Of a stretch of 64,000 bases of DNA, positions 45,630 through 58,200 are shown one piece after another. Source of the DNA: Macrostomum lignano (lineage: Eukaryota); the NCBI GenBank assembly GCA_002269645.1, contig NIVC01000194.1:1-64000 (forward strand), given 5' to 3'. The notes under the pieces were generated by a model. The model was not told where the DNA came from. It did no database searches and worked only from the letters and a program-made list of their open reading frames with translations. Within the stretch, counting starts at the first letter, position 1. Each line of letters begins with the position of its first letter. The translations under genes and the position numbers were made by a program.

Positions 45630-48600
45630 CTATGTCACTATGTGAAATATTTTCGTTTTTGCTTTAAGTTTAAGTTTAAGCCTGGTATAACATAGTTGTT
45701 TGGGTCAGACTTTCTAGGCCTATTGTTGAATTTTTGTAAATTTTGAGATTCGATATTTTATTTGTTTGATTAAATGTCCATGATACTAGATTCACTGATT
45801 TTATCAAGATTTCGAGATTTTGTTTCTATTTGCTTGCATTGCATGTATGAAATTGACTCACTTGAAGTTTCATGGATAGAATAATATAATTAAGAATACA
45901 TTATGTTATGTATATTCAATCAATGAGAATATAATGGTCTTGGGATGATCACAATAAGTCATGACTAATGATTTATCACAAATTGAAATTCATAATCATA
46001 GTCAAAGTCAAACAGACTAGGGCCTATGGTATAGGCCAAGTGCTTCTAGGAATCTAAAAAATAAAATAAGTAATAGTTTCTCTTTTAAAAATTCTCCTAC
46101 CCTGGGTTTTTTGTGTCATAGGCATGCATGACATGTTGAAATTAAAAATGGCAAAATGTTAATGATTTTGATGCTGTTATATCAAAATGGCACAATTTTT
46201 TACTATTTATTATGCTATTGCCAAATGGCAATGCTTATCCCCATGATACCATATGAATAATTTCTGTCTTATTCCAATGGTATTGTGCAAATTATTTTCT
46301 GCTTATCTAAATGGCACACTAATGAGATAGCTACCCTGTATCTTTAACATATGCCATAGGAATAATTTTCAATTTGTTCCTTACAGTTGGAATGTAATAT
46401 AATGACAATTTTGCTTAAACATTTGGTTTTAAGAAGTAAAAATTTAATGGCTTTTTTAATTAAGCAAAAAACTTCCAAGTAAATTACTTTATTATATGTT
46501 TATAATTTAAATTTATTAGCAAAGTTTCTAATCCTAATCCCAAAATCTTGATGATTGTAATACTTAGTAGCCTTGTACAAATGCTTGCATGAAAAACAAT
46601 CTATTTTTCCTTTTCAAAAATCACTACAGGTAACTTTATAAATCTTATTCATTCTTTTCATTTTATTTCTACTTTTAAACTGTTAAGCTATATGTAAGTT
46701 GGAAGGAGTATGCCTATGGTTAAATAGGTATACAAAATATCATTAAAGCAGAATAACATGCATGTAGACATGCATAATAATAATCTAGAATTGATTCAAG
46801 TTTATATATCAACAACTTCTTAGTATCTTCAAGTTCCTTTACAATAAGCTATAAACTATATACATACAACATATGTAGAATATAGGGCAGCCATCTTGCC
46901 AGTGTGTCATGCAGATAAACAGAAAATTATTTGTAGGATACCACTAGAATAAAATAGAAATAAGTCTTATCATACATGTGCAACCTCCAAAATTCAGTTG
47001 GCCATGCAATTTAGTCTTAACAAAAATGCAACGTAGTTTTTGGCCAAAAATGCAACTTGCATGTAAAAAATCCTTAAAGCAAAATAAACACAACTTTGGG
47101 TAAACAGCAGGAGTAACTATAACTATCTTATTAAGTCAAAATGCCTTGTCAGCTACTTAGTACTACTACTTAGGTATTTTTTCGGGTGGGCATTTTGCAA
47201 CTTTCTTAATTGGCCGCCAAATCAATTGGCTGGATTGGCTGACTTGGCTGACTGTTGCGCATGTATGAGTCTTATGGTACTATGGGATAAGCACTGCCTT
47301 GCCCAATTGCCAATGCTAAATCTCCAATTCCAAATTTCAGTTTTACTTTTAAGTTTCAAATATTACCTTGTTTATAGGGATAGTTACATGACTTTCAACT
47401 TGCACTTTATGATCAATGACAAGTTGCATTTCATCATGCATTGATAGAAATTTTGCTTTTGTAATTGTAATTGGCAAATTCTATCTTGCATTTCCATTAT
47501 GTTTATCCACTATTCTTTATGCCAATAGAATGTCAAAATTGAAAATGGCATAATGATTTTGACAAAAACCTAGCTCCTACCTTGGCATCATAGTTTGGAA
47601 GGAAACATATATGTTGAAGTTTTCTAGTGTATATAACATTGGAAAATTTTTGGCATATATCTATTATTAGGATCTATAAATAATTAGTATGACTTTATAT
47701 ATAATATGCTACTATATGTAACATTGTTAACATAGAACAAAAATAATTAAAAACAATTTTAATCTTTGTGCCCTAAAAGTTTGTTACTTTGCATGAATAA
47801 TGAATAATGAATTCATTTGAAATAGAGCAAAACTAAAAAGATGTACCTTAAAAGTGTACAACTTTGGTATATATATAGTGAAATTGAAAACATTTTTTAT
47901 TCTAATGTACAAAGAAGGTCCTATATTTTTCTCTTACTAAACCTAGTGTATACTAATACTCAATCTAAAATGTTTTTGACATTGTTAAAAATTAAAATTA
48001 AGATTTGATGAAATAAAAAGTCAAAATCTAATATACATTGCAAAGTTAAGATCTTGTTTGACCCTTAATGTTTGTTTAGGTGATTAAAGCTAATTGTTAA
48101 ATAGTTCCAAAATCTTTATTCATTTACAATTAAAAATTTTATAAAATACAATTTAGGATATAGCTTAATAAATAAAGTATCTATTATAGGACAGTAGGGT
48201 ATATATTTCAAAGTCTAGTAATAGCCTTTATGTACCAAAATTTTATGCAAAAATTTTTGTAAAGGTCAGATTTATGATATAACTTTTTATCATATCAGAC
48301 ATTAGCCTAAACTTAAGTTTTTATAGTATACAAATGCTATAGTATCCTAACTTGATCCTAGATTTTGATCCCTAATCCCCTGTTCTTCTGAGATTGATGC
48401 CAACTTACCAAAACTATAGCAAATTAAATTATCTGATAATTGATCTAAATTGGGATAAAATTCAGTAGAATAGATCTATATGTAGTACATAGGGAATTAG
48501 GGACTTGAGTCAGAGCATCTTGGTTTTCAGTGTATCTGGTTTTAGCTTAGCTAGATAGCCTAGATATCTTGACACTAAAAACTATTCTAGTATTAGTTTT

Positions 48601-49479
48601 AGTGTTTTTTTTCTAGCTCATAATGTAATAGCTCATAATGTCTAATCAAGCCTTGATAGTTTGCAGGCCTCAACTGCACCTGCTACTAGTCTCTAAAGTA
48701 TTTGGTCATCATCTAGACATTATTGTCTCCATTGATAGGTTGGGAAAATCAAATGTCCTGACAGAACTAATTAATATATTGACATTCTAGAAGGCTGGCA
48801 ACTTGAGTTTTGTTTGAAAAGGTGCACAGCAAAACTTACCCATGTTTTTGAAATTTGTTTGTCTGCAATGCTTTGCTGTAGTGCTGCAAACATTTTCAAT
48901 AAGAATCCCTTAATAAGATAGTTTTATTGGTAAATATAGGCATATAAATATTATGATATATTATAAATTTTTAGGATTGTTAAATGTCTGTCTTATGCAG
49001 CAATCCCAAGTGCATTAAATATTTATTGATGTGCACAATGTAAAATAAGGCCTTATTTGCAAACAACAGCAATATCACAGGGCGCACCTCATGGCTTAGA
49101 CACAAGCAAGCGGCTATGCCACCTTAAGGTGCCAGGTTAGTGGTATGATATAAAATCATGACTATAGCATTGTTTCTTTTAATTTTTTCCTAAATTCCTA
49201 GTGGAAAAATAGTATATTACATAATTATTGCTAATTGTCTAAGCTTGTAATTCTTCTAATAGGACAAGCTGTTAAAACCCGCGATTTTGAACCTGGGGAA
49301 TTCCAATCCCTGGAACTATTTTTGCATATATTAAGATTAAACTCAAACAAAAACATTTGGGATAGAGTTAAACATAAAATAGAGTACATTCGTGTAAAAT
49401 TAGGATTTGAGGCAAACATTGATATTGTTGGCTGGGGTGCTGCGCAGAATGTCAGGAAAACTCTAGCCTCTACCTCTGC

Positions 49480-49994
49480 CTCTCCCTATGTCCCTTGCAT
49501 CCTTTGAAACTTCTATCTTCTCTTCTGTTTTCTCACTTCTCTCTTGTCTCTTGTCTCTTCTCTCTCCTCTCCTCTCTTCTTTCTTCTCTCCTCTGTCCCC
49601 TCTTCTTTTGTCTCTTCCCTCTATTCGTTTCTCTCTCCTTTCCTCTCTTCTCTCTCGTCTCTGCTCTCTCATCTCTCCTTTCTCCTCTTTTATCTCTTCT
49701 TATTTCTCTCTGCTCTCTCCTCTCTCTTCTCTCTCTGCTCTCTGCTCTCTCTTCCCTCTCCTCTCCTCTCTTCTCACTCATTACATTACCCTCTCTCAAC
49801 ACTTCCCTCATCTCTCCTCTCTCCTTTCTCTTCTCTTCTCTCCACTCTCTCCTCTCATCTCTTCTATCGTCTCTTTCCTCACCTCTCTTCTCTCTCATCT
49901 TTGCTCTCTTATCTTTCCTTTCTCTTCTTTTATCTTTTCTCTCTTATCTCTTCTCATTTCTCTCTCTTTCTCTCTCGCGCTCTCTCTCTCTCTT

Positions 49995-50047
<53 letters not shown>

Positions 50048-50758
50048 TCTCTGCTCTCTCCTGTCTCATCTCTCTTCTCCTCTCTAATCTCTCCCCTCTT
50101 TCCTCTCCTCTCTCGTCCTTCCCCTCTTTCCCCTGTCTTCTCGATTCTCTCCCTCCCCTCCTCTCTCCTCACTCACTTCTCTCTCCCTTTGTCTCACCTC
50201 TCATCTCTCATCTCTTATTTCTTATCTCTCCTCTTTTCTCTGTCATCTGTCATCTTTACTCTCTTATACTCGTATGCTCTCTCACCTCTCTCCTTTGTAC
50301 TCTTCTCTTTCCCCTCTTTTGACTCCTCTCTTTCCTTTCTCCTTTCTCCTTTCTTCTCTTCTCTTCTCTTCTCTCCCCTCTTCTATACTCTCTCCCTCTC
50401 TTGTCTTCTCTCTTCTCTCTCACTCTCCTCTCTTATATCGTCTGTTCACTCTCATCTTCGCTCTCTCATTCCCCTCTCTCTTCTGTCATCTCTACTCTCC
50501 TCTCTACTGTGTACTCTTCTCTTTCCCCTCTTCTGACCCCTCTCTTTCCTTACTCCTCTCTTTCCTTCCTTCTATACTCTCTCCCCTCTATTCTCTTCTC
50601 TCGTCTCTCTGCACTCTGCTCTCTCTCCCTTTATCTCTCATCTCTACTCTCTCGATCATCTTTTCTTTCATCTCTCTTATCTCTACAATCTCATCTCTTT
50701 CCTCTCTCTTCCTCTTCCCTTTACTCTATCATCTCTCCTTTGTCCTCTCTTCTTTCTC

Positions 50759-50851
<93 letters not shown>

Positions 50852-51070
50852 CTCTTATCTCATCTTCTCACTCCTCTCTCTCCCCCTCTCTCCCCCTCTT
50901 ATCTCCTCTCTTCTCTATCCTTTCTATCCTTTCTCCTCTCGATCCTCTCTCATCTACCTCTCTGTTCTCTCATCTCTCATCACTTCTCACTCTTCTCTAA
51001 TCTCCTCTCTCATCGATCCTCTGTCTCATCTCTCCCCTCTTCTCTCTCCATCTTCTCACCTCTACTATTT
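49480..51070. repeat. CT-rich low-complexity tract with pure (CT)n runs
   Basis: Direct inspection. Confidence 0.95.
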
Positions 51071-52196
51071 CAATTAGCAGCCCTGAGAGGAATTTGTATA
51101 TCTCCAGCTCCACCACCACAGTCTGCAGCAGTCTAACAACCATGGAAATGCGCATTTCTTAGGAGGCCATTTAAATTTTAAAGTTGCCTTATGCGAAACT
51201 TAATGTTAAAAGCTTCATGGTGTAACTAATTTAGTAGGATTGCATTGTAATAAGTTATTCATTAATTTTTCGATATTTTTACAAACCATCCCACATCGCC
51301 TTGATTTGCCATCCTTGTTTAACTGCTGCAGACTTGTCTATTCAGAGGACAGTGGTTTGAAATTGAATCTCTCGCTAAACTCTCTCCTCTCCACGCCTCT
51401 CCACTCGCGGGGGTTACAGAGAAGGCTATAAATAAAGTTATTCCAAAACACTGTACATTATACAGTGTTTTGGAATAACACTGTACACTGTACACTGTAC
51501 AGCTCTGGGGGAATGAGTGAGTGAGTGGCACAAACAACAGAAAAAGCAGACAAACTTCACATGCTTACAGTTTCTTTTTCGGTTGAGTTACAGAGTTGAA
51601 ACTTTACATTTAGATAGAGAATGAGTCAATGAAGAATTGTGTCAAGTTTGAAGTCAATCGCTTCACGTGGAGCAAACTTATGGCAGCCGAAAGTTAGTCA
51701 TTTTAAAACCCCTTTTTCACATCTGGGCCCAGATCGGGAAAGAGAGGCAGACGGGCGGAGGTTGGGGTGGTTGCTACGCTGAAATAAACAGCCTAACTTT
51801 AAAAGTGCACAGCACCGCTCAGGATTAACTTTGCGACTCGAAATTTTACATGGTTGTGCCAAAATAGTTAAAGAATATCTGTGTCAAATTTAAAGAGAAT
51901 CGGTAGAAGTGGAGCGGCGCTATGGAGGATTAAGTGAAAAATCGCGCATTTTGAGCAGTTTTTTGTACTTTTAGGTAGGAAGACTTGAGTCTAGGAAATT
52001 TAAAGGTAGCCTAAGACATTCTCCGTAATTAGTTTAGGGTGGGTGTAAAGTTTGGTGTCATTTGGTTGAGCGGTTTGGGAGTCCATAGCGAAGTAATTTG
52101 TCCACAGACAGACAGACAGACAGACAGAGTTTTGATTTTTATAGGTAGAGATATTTTGAATGTTAATAGATTTGAAATGCTGTTCTGTTGCAGGCA

Positions 52197-55100
52197 ATGG
52201 CTGCCACTTACAATTCCGGACACCTGCCTGTCAATTTTGATGGCGCCGCTGGGAGGCACCTGGACGGCAGCAATAACAGCCTTGACCACTACCAGACTGA
52301 GCTGGACATGGTGCAGGGCGGATTCGAGTGAGCTTGGAAATCAACTGTTGTGACTCCTGGCTCGAATTGTGTTTCTTATCTTTTAGAAGCAGAAATTTGC
52401 ACCCTCTTTTTTTTTCTCCTTTGACAGCCGCATGCAGCTGAGCGGCCCGGCCGGCTCGGCCAACGTCGGTGTCGGCGAGTCCTCGGCCTGCCAGCGCTGC
52501 GGCGAGACGTTCGGCCGCGCCGATCGGGTGTTCCGGGCCGGCGGCGAGGCCTGGCATGAGCACTGCTTTGTGTGAGTCCGCACGGCTGCCTGCTTGCGCT
52601 TGACCGATTTTGTTCTGTCATCAGATCTGGGGAATTCATGCCTCAGTTTAATGCAGTCACCCTCCCAGATCCTCAGTTTGCAGTCGCCGCCCTTCCAGAT
52701 CCTCAGTTTGCAGTCGCCGCCGCCCTCCCAGATCCTCAGTTTGCAGTCGCCGCCGCCCTCCCAGATCCTCAGTTTGCAGTCGCCGCCGCCCTCCCAGATG
52801 CTCAGTTTGCAGTCGCCGCCCTCCCAGATCCTCAGTTTGCAGTCGCCGCCCTCCCAGATCCTCAGTTTGCAGTCGTCGCCCTCCCAGATGCTCAGTTTGC
52901 AGTCGTCGCCCTCCCAGATCCTCAGTTTGCAGTCGCCGCCCTCCCAGATCCTCAGTTTGCAGTCACCGCCCTCCCAGATGCTCGGTTTGCAGTCACCGCC
53001 CTCCCAGATGCTCAGTTTGCAGTCACCGCCCTCCCAGATGCTCGGTTTGCAGTCACCGCCCTCCCAGGTGCTCAGTTTTGATCCAGTTTTTCTGACTAAT
53101 AAAATAATAATTTTTTGGTCATAAAAACCTCAGGCTATGAACTACTGGGGTGTGCAGCTGTGCACACGCAGCTTATTTGCAGATTGTTAACTTATTTGTT
53201 GACCACTTTAATTCACTTCTGTCTAGTAATTATCCGCTCGAGTTATGCCATAGCAACTAAAAATGCAATTGTTTTAAACAAAATCACACTGCTCGATAAC
53301 GCCCGCCTTTAGCGGCGACGGCGCTGCCCGCGCTCGCAGCTGCGCCCACTGCGAGGGCAGCCTGGTTAGCGGGGTGCTGGCCTATGAGGGCCGCTTCTGG
53401 CACCAGCACTGCTTTGTGTAAGTCCTCCTCCTGTCGAACAGGGGGCGCTTCTCAGCTTTACTCGACTTCTCATGTTGTCAACTGCGATTATACAGCCTAG
53501 CGAGTGGTCTTGATATGTTGTCGTGTACTTTCCAATTATTTTATTGTAAAAGTACATTTCACTGATTTGGTTTATTGGGATTTGCACTTTTAGTGGATTC
53601 AATAATGATTGCGCTGGTTGAGGAAGCTGCACTTTGACTTATTTGTGGGGCTCAAGACAAATTATCTAGTGCTGTAACTGATCTCACTGCTTCTCTCGGG
53701 ATTGCGATTACTTGAGGGATTTTAAGGCATTTTAGGGATCTTAATGGGACTCATTCTAGGGACCTTAATGGGATTCATTCTAGGGATCTCAACGGGACTC
53801 ATTCTAGGGATCTCAACGGGACTCATTCTAGGGATCTTAATGGGATTCATTCTAGGGACTTTAATGGGACTCATTCTAGGGATCTTAATGGGATTCATTC
53901 TAGGGACTTTAATGGGACTCATTCTAGGGATCTTAATGGGATTCATTCTAGGGATCTTAATGGGATTCATTCTAGGGATCTTAATGGGATTCATTCTAGG
54001 GATCTTAATGGGATTCATTCTAGGGATCTTAATGGGACTCATTCTAGGGATCTTAATGGGATTCATTCTAGGGATCTTAATGGGATTCATTCTAGGGATC
54101 TTAATGGGACTCATTCTAGGGATCTTAATGGGATTCATTCTAGGGATCTTAATGGGATTCATTCTAGGGATCTTAATGGGATTCATTCTAGGGATCTTAA
54201 TGGGATTCATTCTAGGGATCTTAATGGGATTCATTCTAGGGATCTTAATGGGATTCATTCTAGGGATCTTAATGGGATTCATTCTAGGGATCTTAATGGG
54301 ATTCATTCTAGGGATCTTAATGGGATTCATTCTAGGGATCTTAATGGGATTCATTCTAGGGATCTTAATGGGACTCATTCTAGGGATCTTAATGGGATTC
54401 ATTCTAGGGATCTTAATGGGATTCATTCTAGGGATCTTAATGGGATTCATTCTAGGGATCTTAATGGGATTCATTCTAGGGATCTTAATGGGATTCATTC
54501 TAGGGATCTTAATGGGATTCATTCTAGGGATCTTAATGGGACTCATTCTAGGGATCTTAATGGGATTCATTCTAGGGATCTTAATGGGATTCATTCTAGG
54601 GATCTCAACGGGACTGATTTTAAATATCTTATAGAAATCGATAGATGGATTGAGGTGATTAGCAAGAGTACTAATGAGTAACAAAGTGACATCCAGGCCG
54701 GTGAGCCCCATCGCCCCATGCACACTCGCCATGGCACACAGTATGGCTTGGCGCTGCTGTCATGCAGAGTCCGTCTGTCTGCGCTGCCAATCCACTGGAG
54801 CGGCCTGTATACTTTATTTAAATTTATATTGCTTATTTGTTGTTTGCTGACTGCTTACCTTGTCCAGTTCTGTCAGCCAGCACACTTGATTGGTTATTTA
54901 AATGGCATAATAAAATGTACCAGCGATTGAATGCTCAGCCTCTGTGTTGTCCCATCTTTTTATTTTTGTTTATATTGTTCTATCTATTTATCACACTGGC
55001 TCTGGCCTGCCGTCATCAATTTACCATCAATGCTTAACTGGCATGCCGCATTTCCAGGTGCGCCCAGTGTTTCCGGCCGTTTGAGGGCGGCCGATTCTAC

Positions 55101-55256
55101 GAGGTAAGAGCTGTTGCTGCTGTTGCTGCTGTGATATTGTGCTCTCCGAAGTTCTGCGTGCAGCCTGCTTGCATTTTGCTGCTTTTCAGTTCGACGGCAG
55201 GAAGTACTGCGAGCACGACTTCAGTGTGCTGTTCAAGCCCTGCTGCGCCAAGTGCG
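52197..55256 (+). CDS. LIMS1: PINCH/LIMS 5' exons: 52197-52327, A 52428-52571 or B 53313-53417, 55058-55103, 55190-55256; gene continues past the window
   Basis: CQRC...[41 protein letters not shown] aligns with PINCH LIM1-LIM2 start; all junctions are GT-AG and phase-compatible. Orthologue assignment is family-level (PINCH/unc-97). Confidence 0.92.
52655..53085. repeat. 30/33-bp minisatellite between PINCH exons A and B (ccctcccagatcctcagtttgcagtcgccg)
   Basis: Direct inspection. Confidence 0.95.
53730..54615. repeat. 24-bp minisatellite in PINCH intron (gggatcttaatgggattcattcta)
   Basis: 8-aa periodicity in the shadow ORFs. Confidence 0.97.
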
Positions 55257-55264
55257 GTGAGTCT

Positions 55265-58200
55265 GCGCTGCAAGTTGGTGTGTAGGTTGCAACCTAGGGT
55301 GTGTAGGTTGCAACCTAGGGTGTGTAGGTTGCTTTGGCGGGTGTGTAGCTTGCTTTGGCAGGTGTGTAGGTTGCTTTGGCGGGTGTGTAGGTTGCAACCT
55401 AGGGTGTGTAGCTTGCTTTGGCGGGTGTGTAGCTTGCTTTGGCAGGTGTGTAGGTTGCAACCTAGGGTGTGTAGCTTGCTTTGGCAGGTGTGTAGGTTGC
55501 AACCTAGGGTGTGTAGCTTGCTTTGGCAGGTGTGTAGGTTGCAACCTAGGGTGTGTAGCTTGCTTTGGCAGGTGTGTAGGTTGCAACCTAGGGTGTGTAG
55601 CTTGCTTTGGCAGGTGTCTAGGTTGCAACCTAGGGTGTGTAGCTTGCTTTGGCAGGTGTGTAGGTTGCAACCTAGGGTGTGTAGCTTGCTTTGGCAGGTG
55701 TGTAGGTTGCAACCTAGGGTGTGTAGCTTGCTTTGGCAGGTGTGTAGGTTGCAACCTAGGGTGTGTAGCTTGCTTTGGCAGGTGTCTAGGTTGCAACCTA
55801 GGGTGTGTAGCTTGCTTTGGCAGGTGTGTAGGTTGCAACCTAGGGTGTGTAGCTTGCTTTGGCAGGTGTGTAGGTTGCAACCTAGGGTGTGTAGCTTGCT
55901 TTGGCAGGTGTGTAGGTTGCAACCTAGGGTGTGTAGCTTGCTTTGGCAGGTGTCTAGGTTGCAACCTAGGGTGTGTAGCTTGCTTTGGCAGGTGTGTAGG
56001 TTGCAACCTAGGGTGTGTAGCTTGCTTTGGCAGGTGTGTAGGTTGCAACCTAGGGTGTGTAGCTTGCTTTGGCAGGTGTGTAGGTTGCAACCTAGGGTGT
56101 GTAGCTTGCTTTGGCAGGTGTGTAGGTTGCAACCTAGGGTGTGTAGCTTGCTTTGGCAGGTGTCTAGGTTGCAACCTAGGGTGTGTAGCTTGCTTTGGCA
56201 GGTGTGTAGGTTGCAACCTAGGGTGTGTAGCTTGCTTTGGCAGGTGTGTAGGTTGCAACCTAGGGTGTGTAGCTTGCTTTGGCAGGTGTCTAGGTTGCAA
56301 CCTAGGGTGTGTAGCTTGCTTTGGCAGGTGTGTAGGTTGCAACCTAGGGTGTGTAGCTTGCTTTGGCAGGTGTGTAGGTTGCAACCTAGGGTGTGTAGCT
56401 TGCTTTGGCAGGTGTGTAGGTTGCAACCTAGGGTGTGTAGCTTGCTTTGGCGGGTGTGTAGCTTGCTTTGGCAGGTGTGTAGGTTGCAACCTAGGGTGTG
56501 TAGCTTGCTTTGGCAGGTGTGTAGGTTGCAACCTAGGGTGTGTAGCTTGCTTTGGCAGGTGTGTAGGTTGCAACCTAGGGTGTGTAGCTTGCTTTGGCGG
56601 TGTGTAGGTTGCAACCTAGGGTGTGTAGCTTGCTTTGGCAGGTGTCTAGGTTGCAACCTAGGGTGTGTAGCTTGCTTTGGCAGGTGTGTAGGTTGCAACC
56701 TAGGGTGTGTAGCTTGCTTTGGCAGGTGTGTAGGTTGCAACCTAGGGTGTGTAGCTTGCTTTGGCAGGTGTGTAGGTTGCAACCTAGACACCTGCCAAAG
56801 CAAGCTACACACCCTAGGTTGCAACCTACACACCTGCCAAACCTAGGGTGTGTAGCTTGCTTTGGCAGGTGTGTAGGTTGCAACCTAGGGTGTGTAGCTT
56901 GCTTTGGCGGGTGTGTAGCTTGCTTTGGCAGGTGTGTAGGTTGCAACCTAGGGTGTGTAGCTTGCTTTGGCAGGTGTGTAGGTTGCAACCTAGGGTGTGT
57001 AGCTTGCTTTGGCAGGTGTGTAGGTTGCAACCTAGGGTGTGTAGCTTGCTTTGGCGGTGTGTGTAGCTTGCTTTGGCAGGTGTGTAGGTTGCAACCTAGG
57101 GTGTGTAGCTTGCTTTGGCAGGTGTGTAGGTTGCAACCTAGGGTGTGTAGCTTGCTTTGGCGGGTGTGTAGCTTGCTTTGGCAGGTGTGTAGGTTGCAAC
57201 CTAGGGTGTGTAGCTTGCTTTGGCAGGTGTGTAGGTTGCAACCTAGGGTGTGTAGCTTGCTTTGGCAGGCTTTGGCAGGTGTGTAGGTTGCAACCTAGGG
57301 TGTGTAGCTTGCTTTGGCAGGTGTGTAGGTTGCAACCTAGGGTGTGTAGCTTGCTTTGGCAGGTGTGTAGGTTGCAACCTAGGGTGTGTAGCTTGCTTTG
57401 GCAGGTGTGTAGGTTGCAACCTAGGGTGTGTAGCTTGCTTTGGCAGGTGTGTAGGTTGCAACCTAGGGTGTGTAGCTTGCTTTGGCAGGTGTGTAGGTTG
57501 CAACCTAGGGTGTGTAGCTTGCTTTGGCAGGTGTGTAGGTTGCAACCTAGGGTGTGTAGCTTGCTTTGGCAGGTGTGTAGGTTGCAACCTAGGGTGTGTA
57601 GCTTGCTTTGGCAGGTGTGTAGGTTGCAACCTAGGGTGTGTAGCTTGCTTTGGCAGGTGTGTAGGTTGCAACCTAGGGTGTGTAGCTTGCTTTGGCAGGT
57701 GTGTAGGTTGCAACCTAGGGTGTGTAGCTTGCTTTGGCAGGTGTCTAGGTTGCAACCTAGGGTGTGTAGCTTGCTTTGGCAGGTGTCTAGGTTGCAACCT
57801 AGGGTGTGTAGCTTGCTTTGGCAGGTGTGTAGGTTGCAACCTAGGGTGTGTAGCTTGCTTTGGCAGGTGTGTAGGTTGCAACCTAGGGTGTGTAGCTTGC
57901 TTTGGCAGGTGTCTAGGTTGCAACCTAGGGTGTGTAGCTTGCTTTGGCAGGTGTGTAGGTTGCAACCTAGGGTGTGTAGCTTGCTTTGGCAGGTGTCTAG
58001 GTTGCAACCTAGGGTGTGTAGCTTGCTTTGGCAGGTGTGTAGGTTGCAACCTAGGGTGTGTAGCTTGCTTTGGCAGGTGTGTAGGTTGCAACCTAGGGTG
58101 TGTAGCTTGCTTTGGCAGGTGTGTAGGTTGCAACCTAGGGTGTGTAGCTTGCTTTGGCAGGTGTCTAGGTTGCAACCTAGGGTGTGTAGCTTGCTTTGGC

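Noticed and set aside
51540-52150. Possible Helentron/DINE-like non-autonomous element with (CAGA)n
   Set aside because: Resemblance from memory only; termini and subterminal repeats could not be defined.
54690-54810. Third alternative PINCH half-LIM exon (Cys/His-rich frame)
   Set aside because: No CxxC-x16-18-HxxC spacing and no matching CFV|gt donor.
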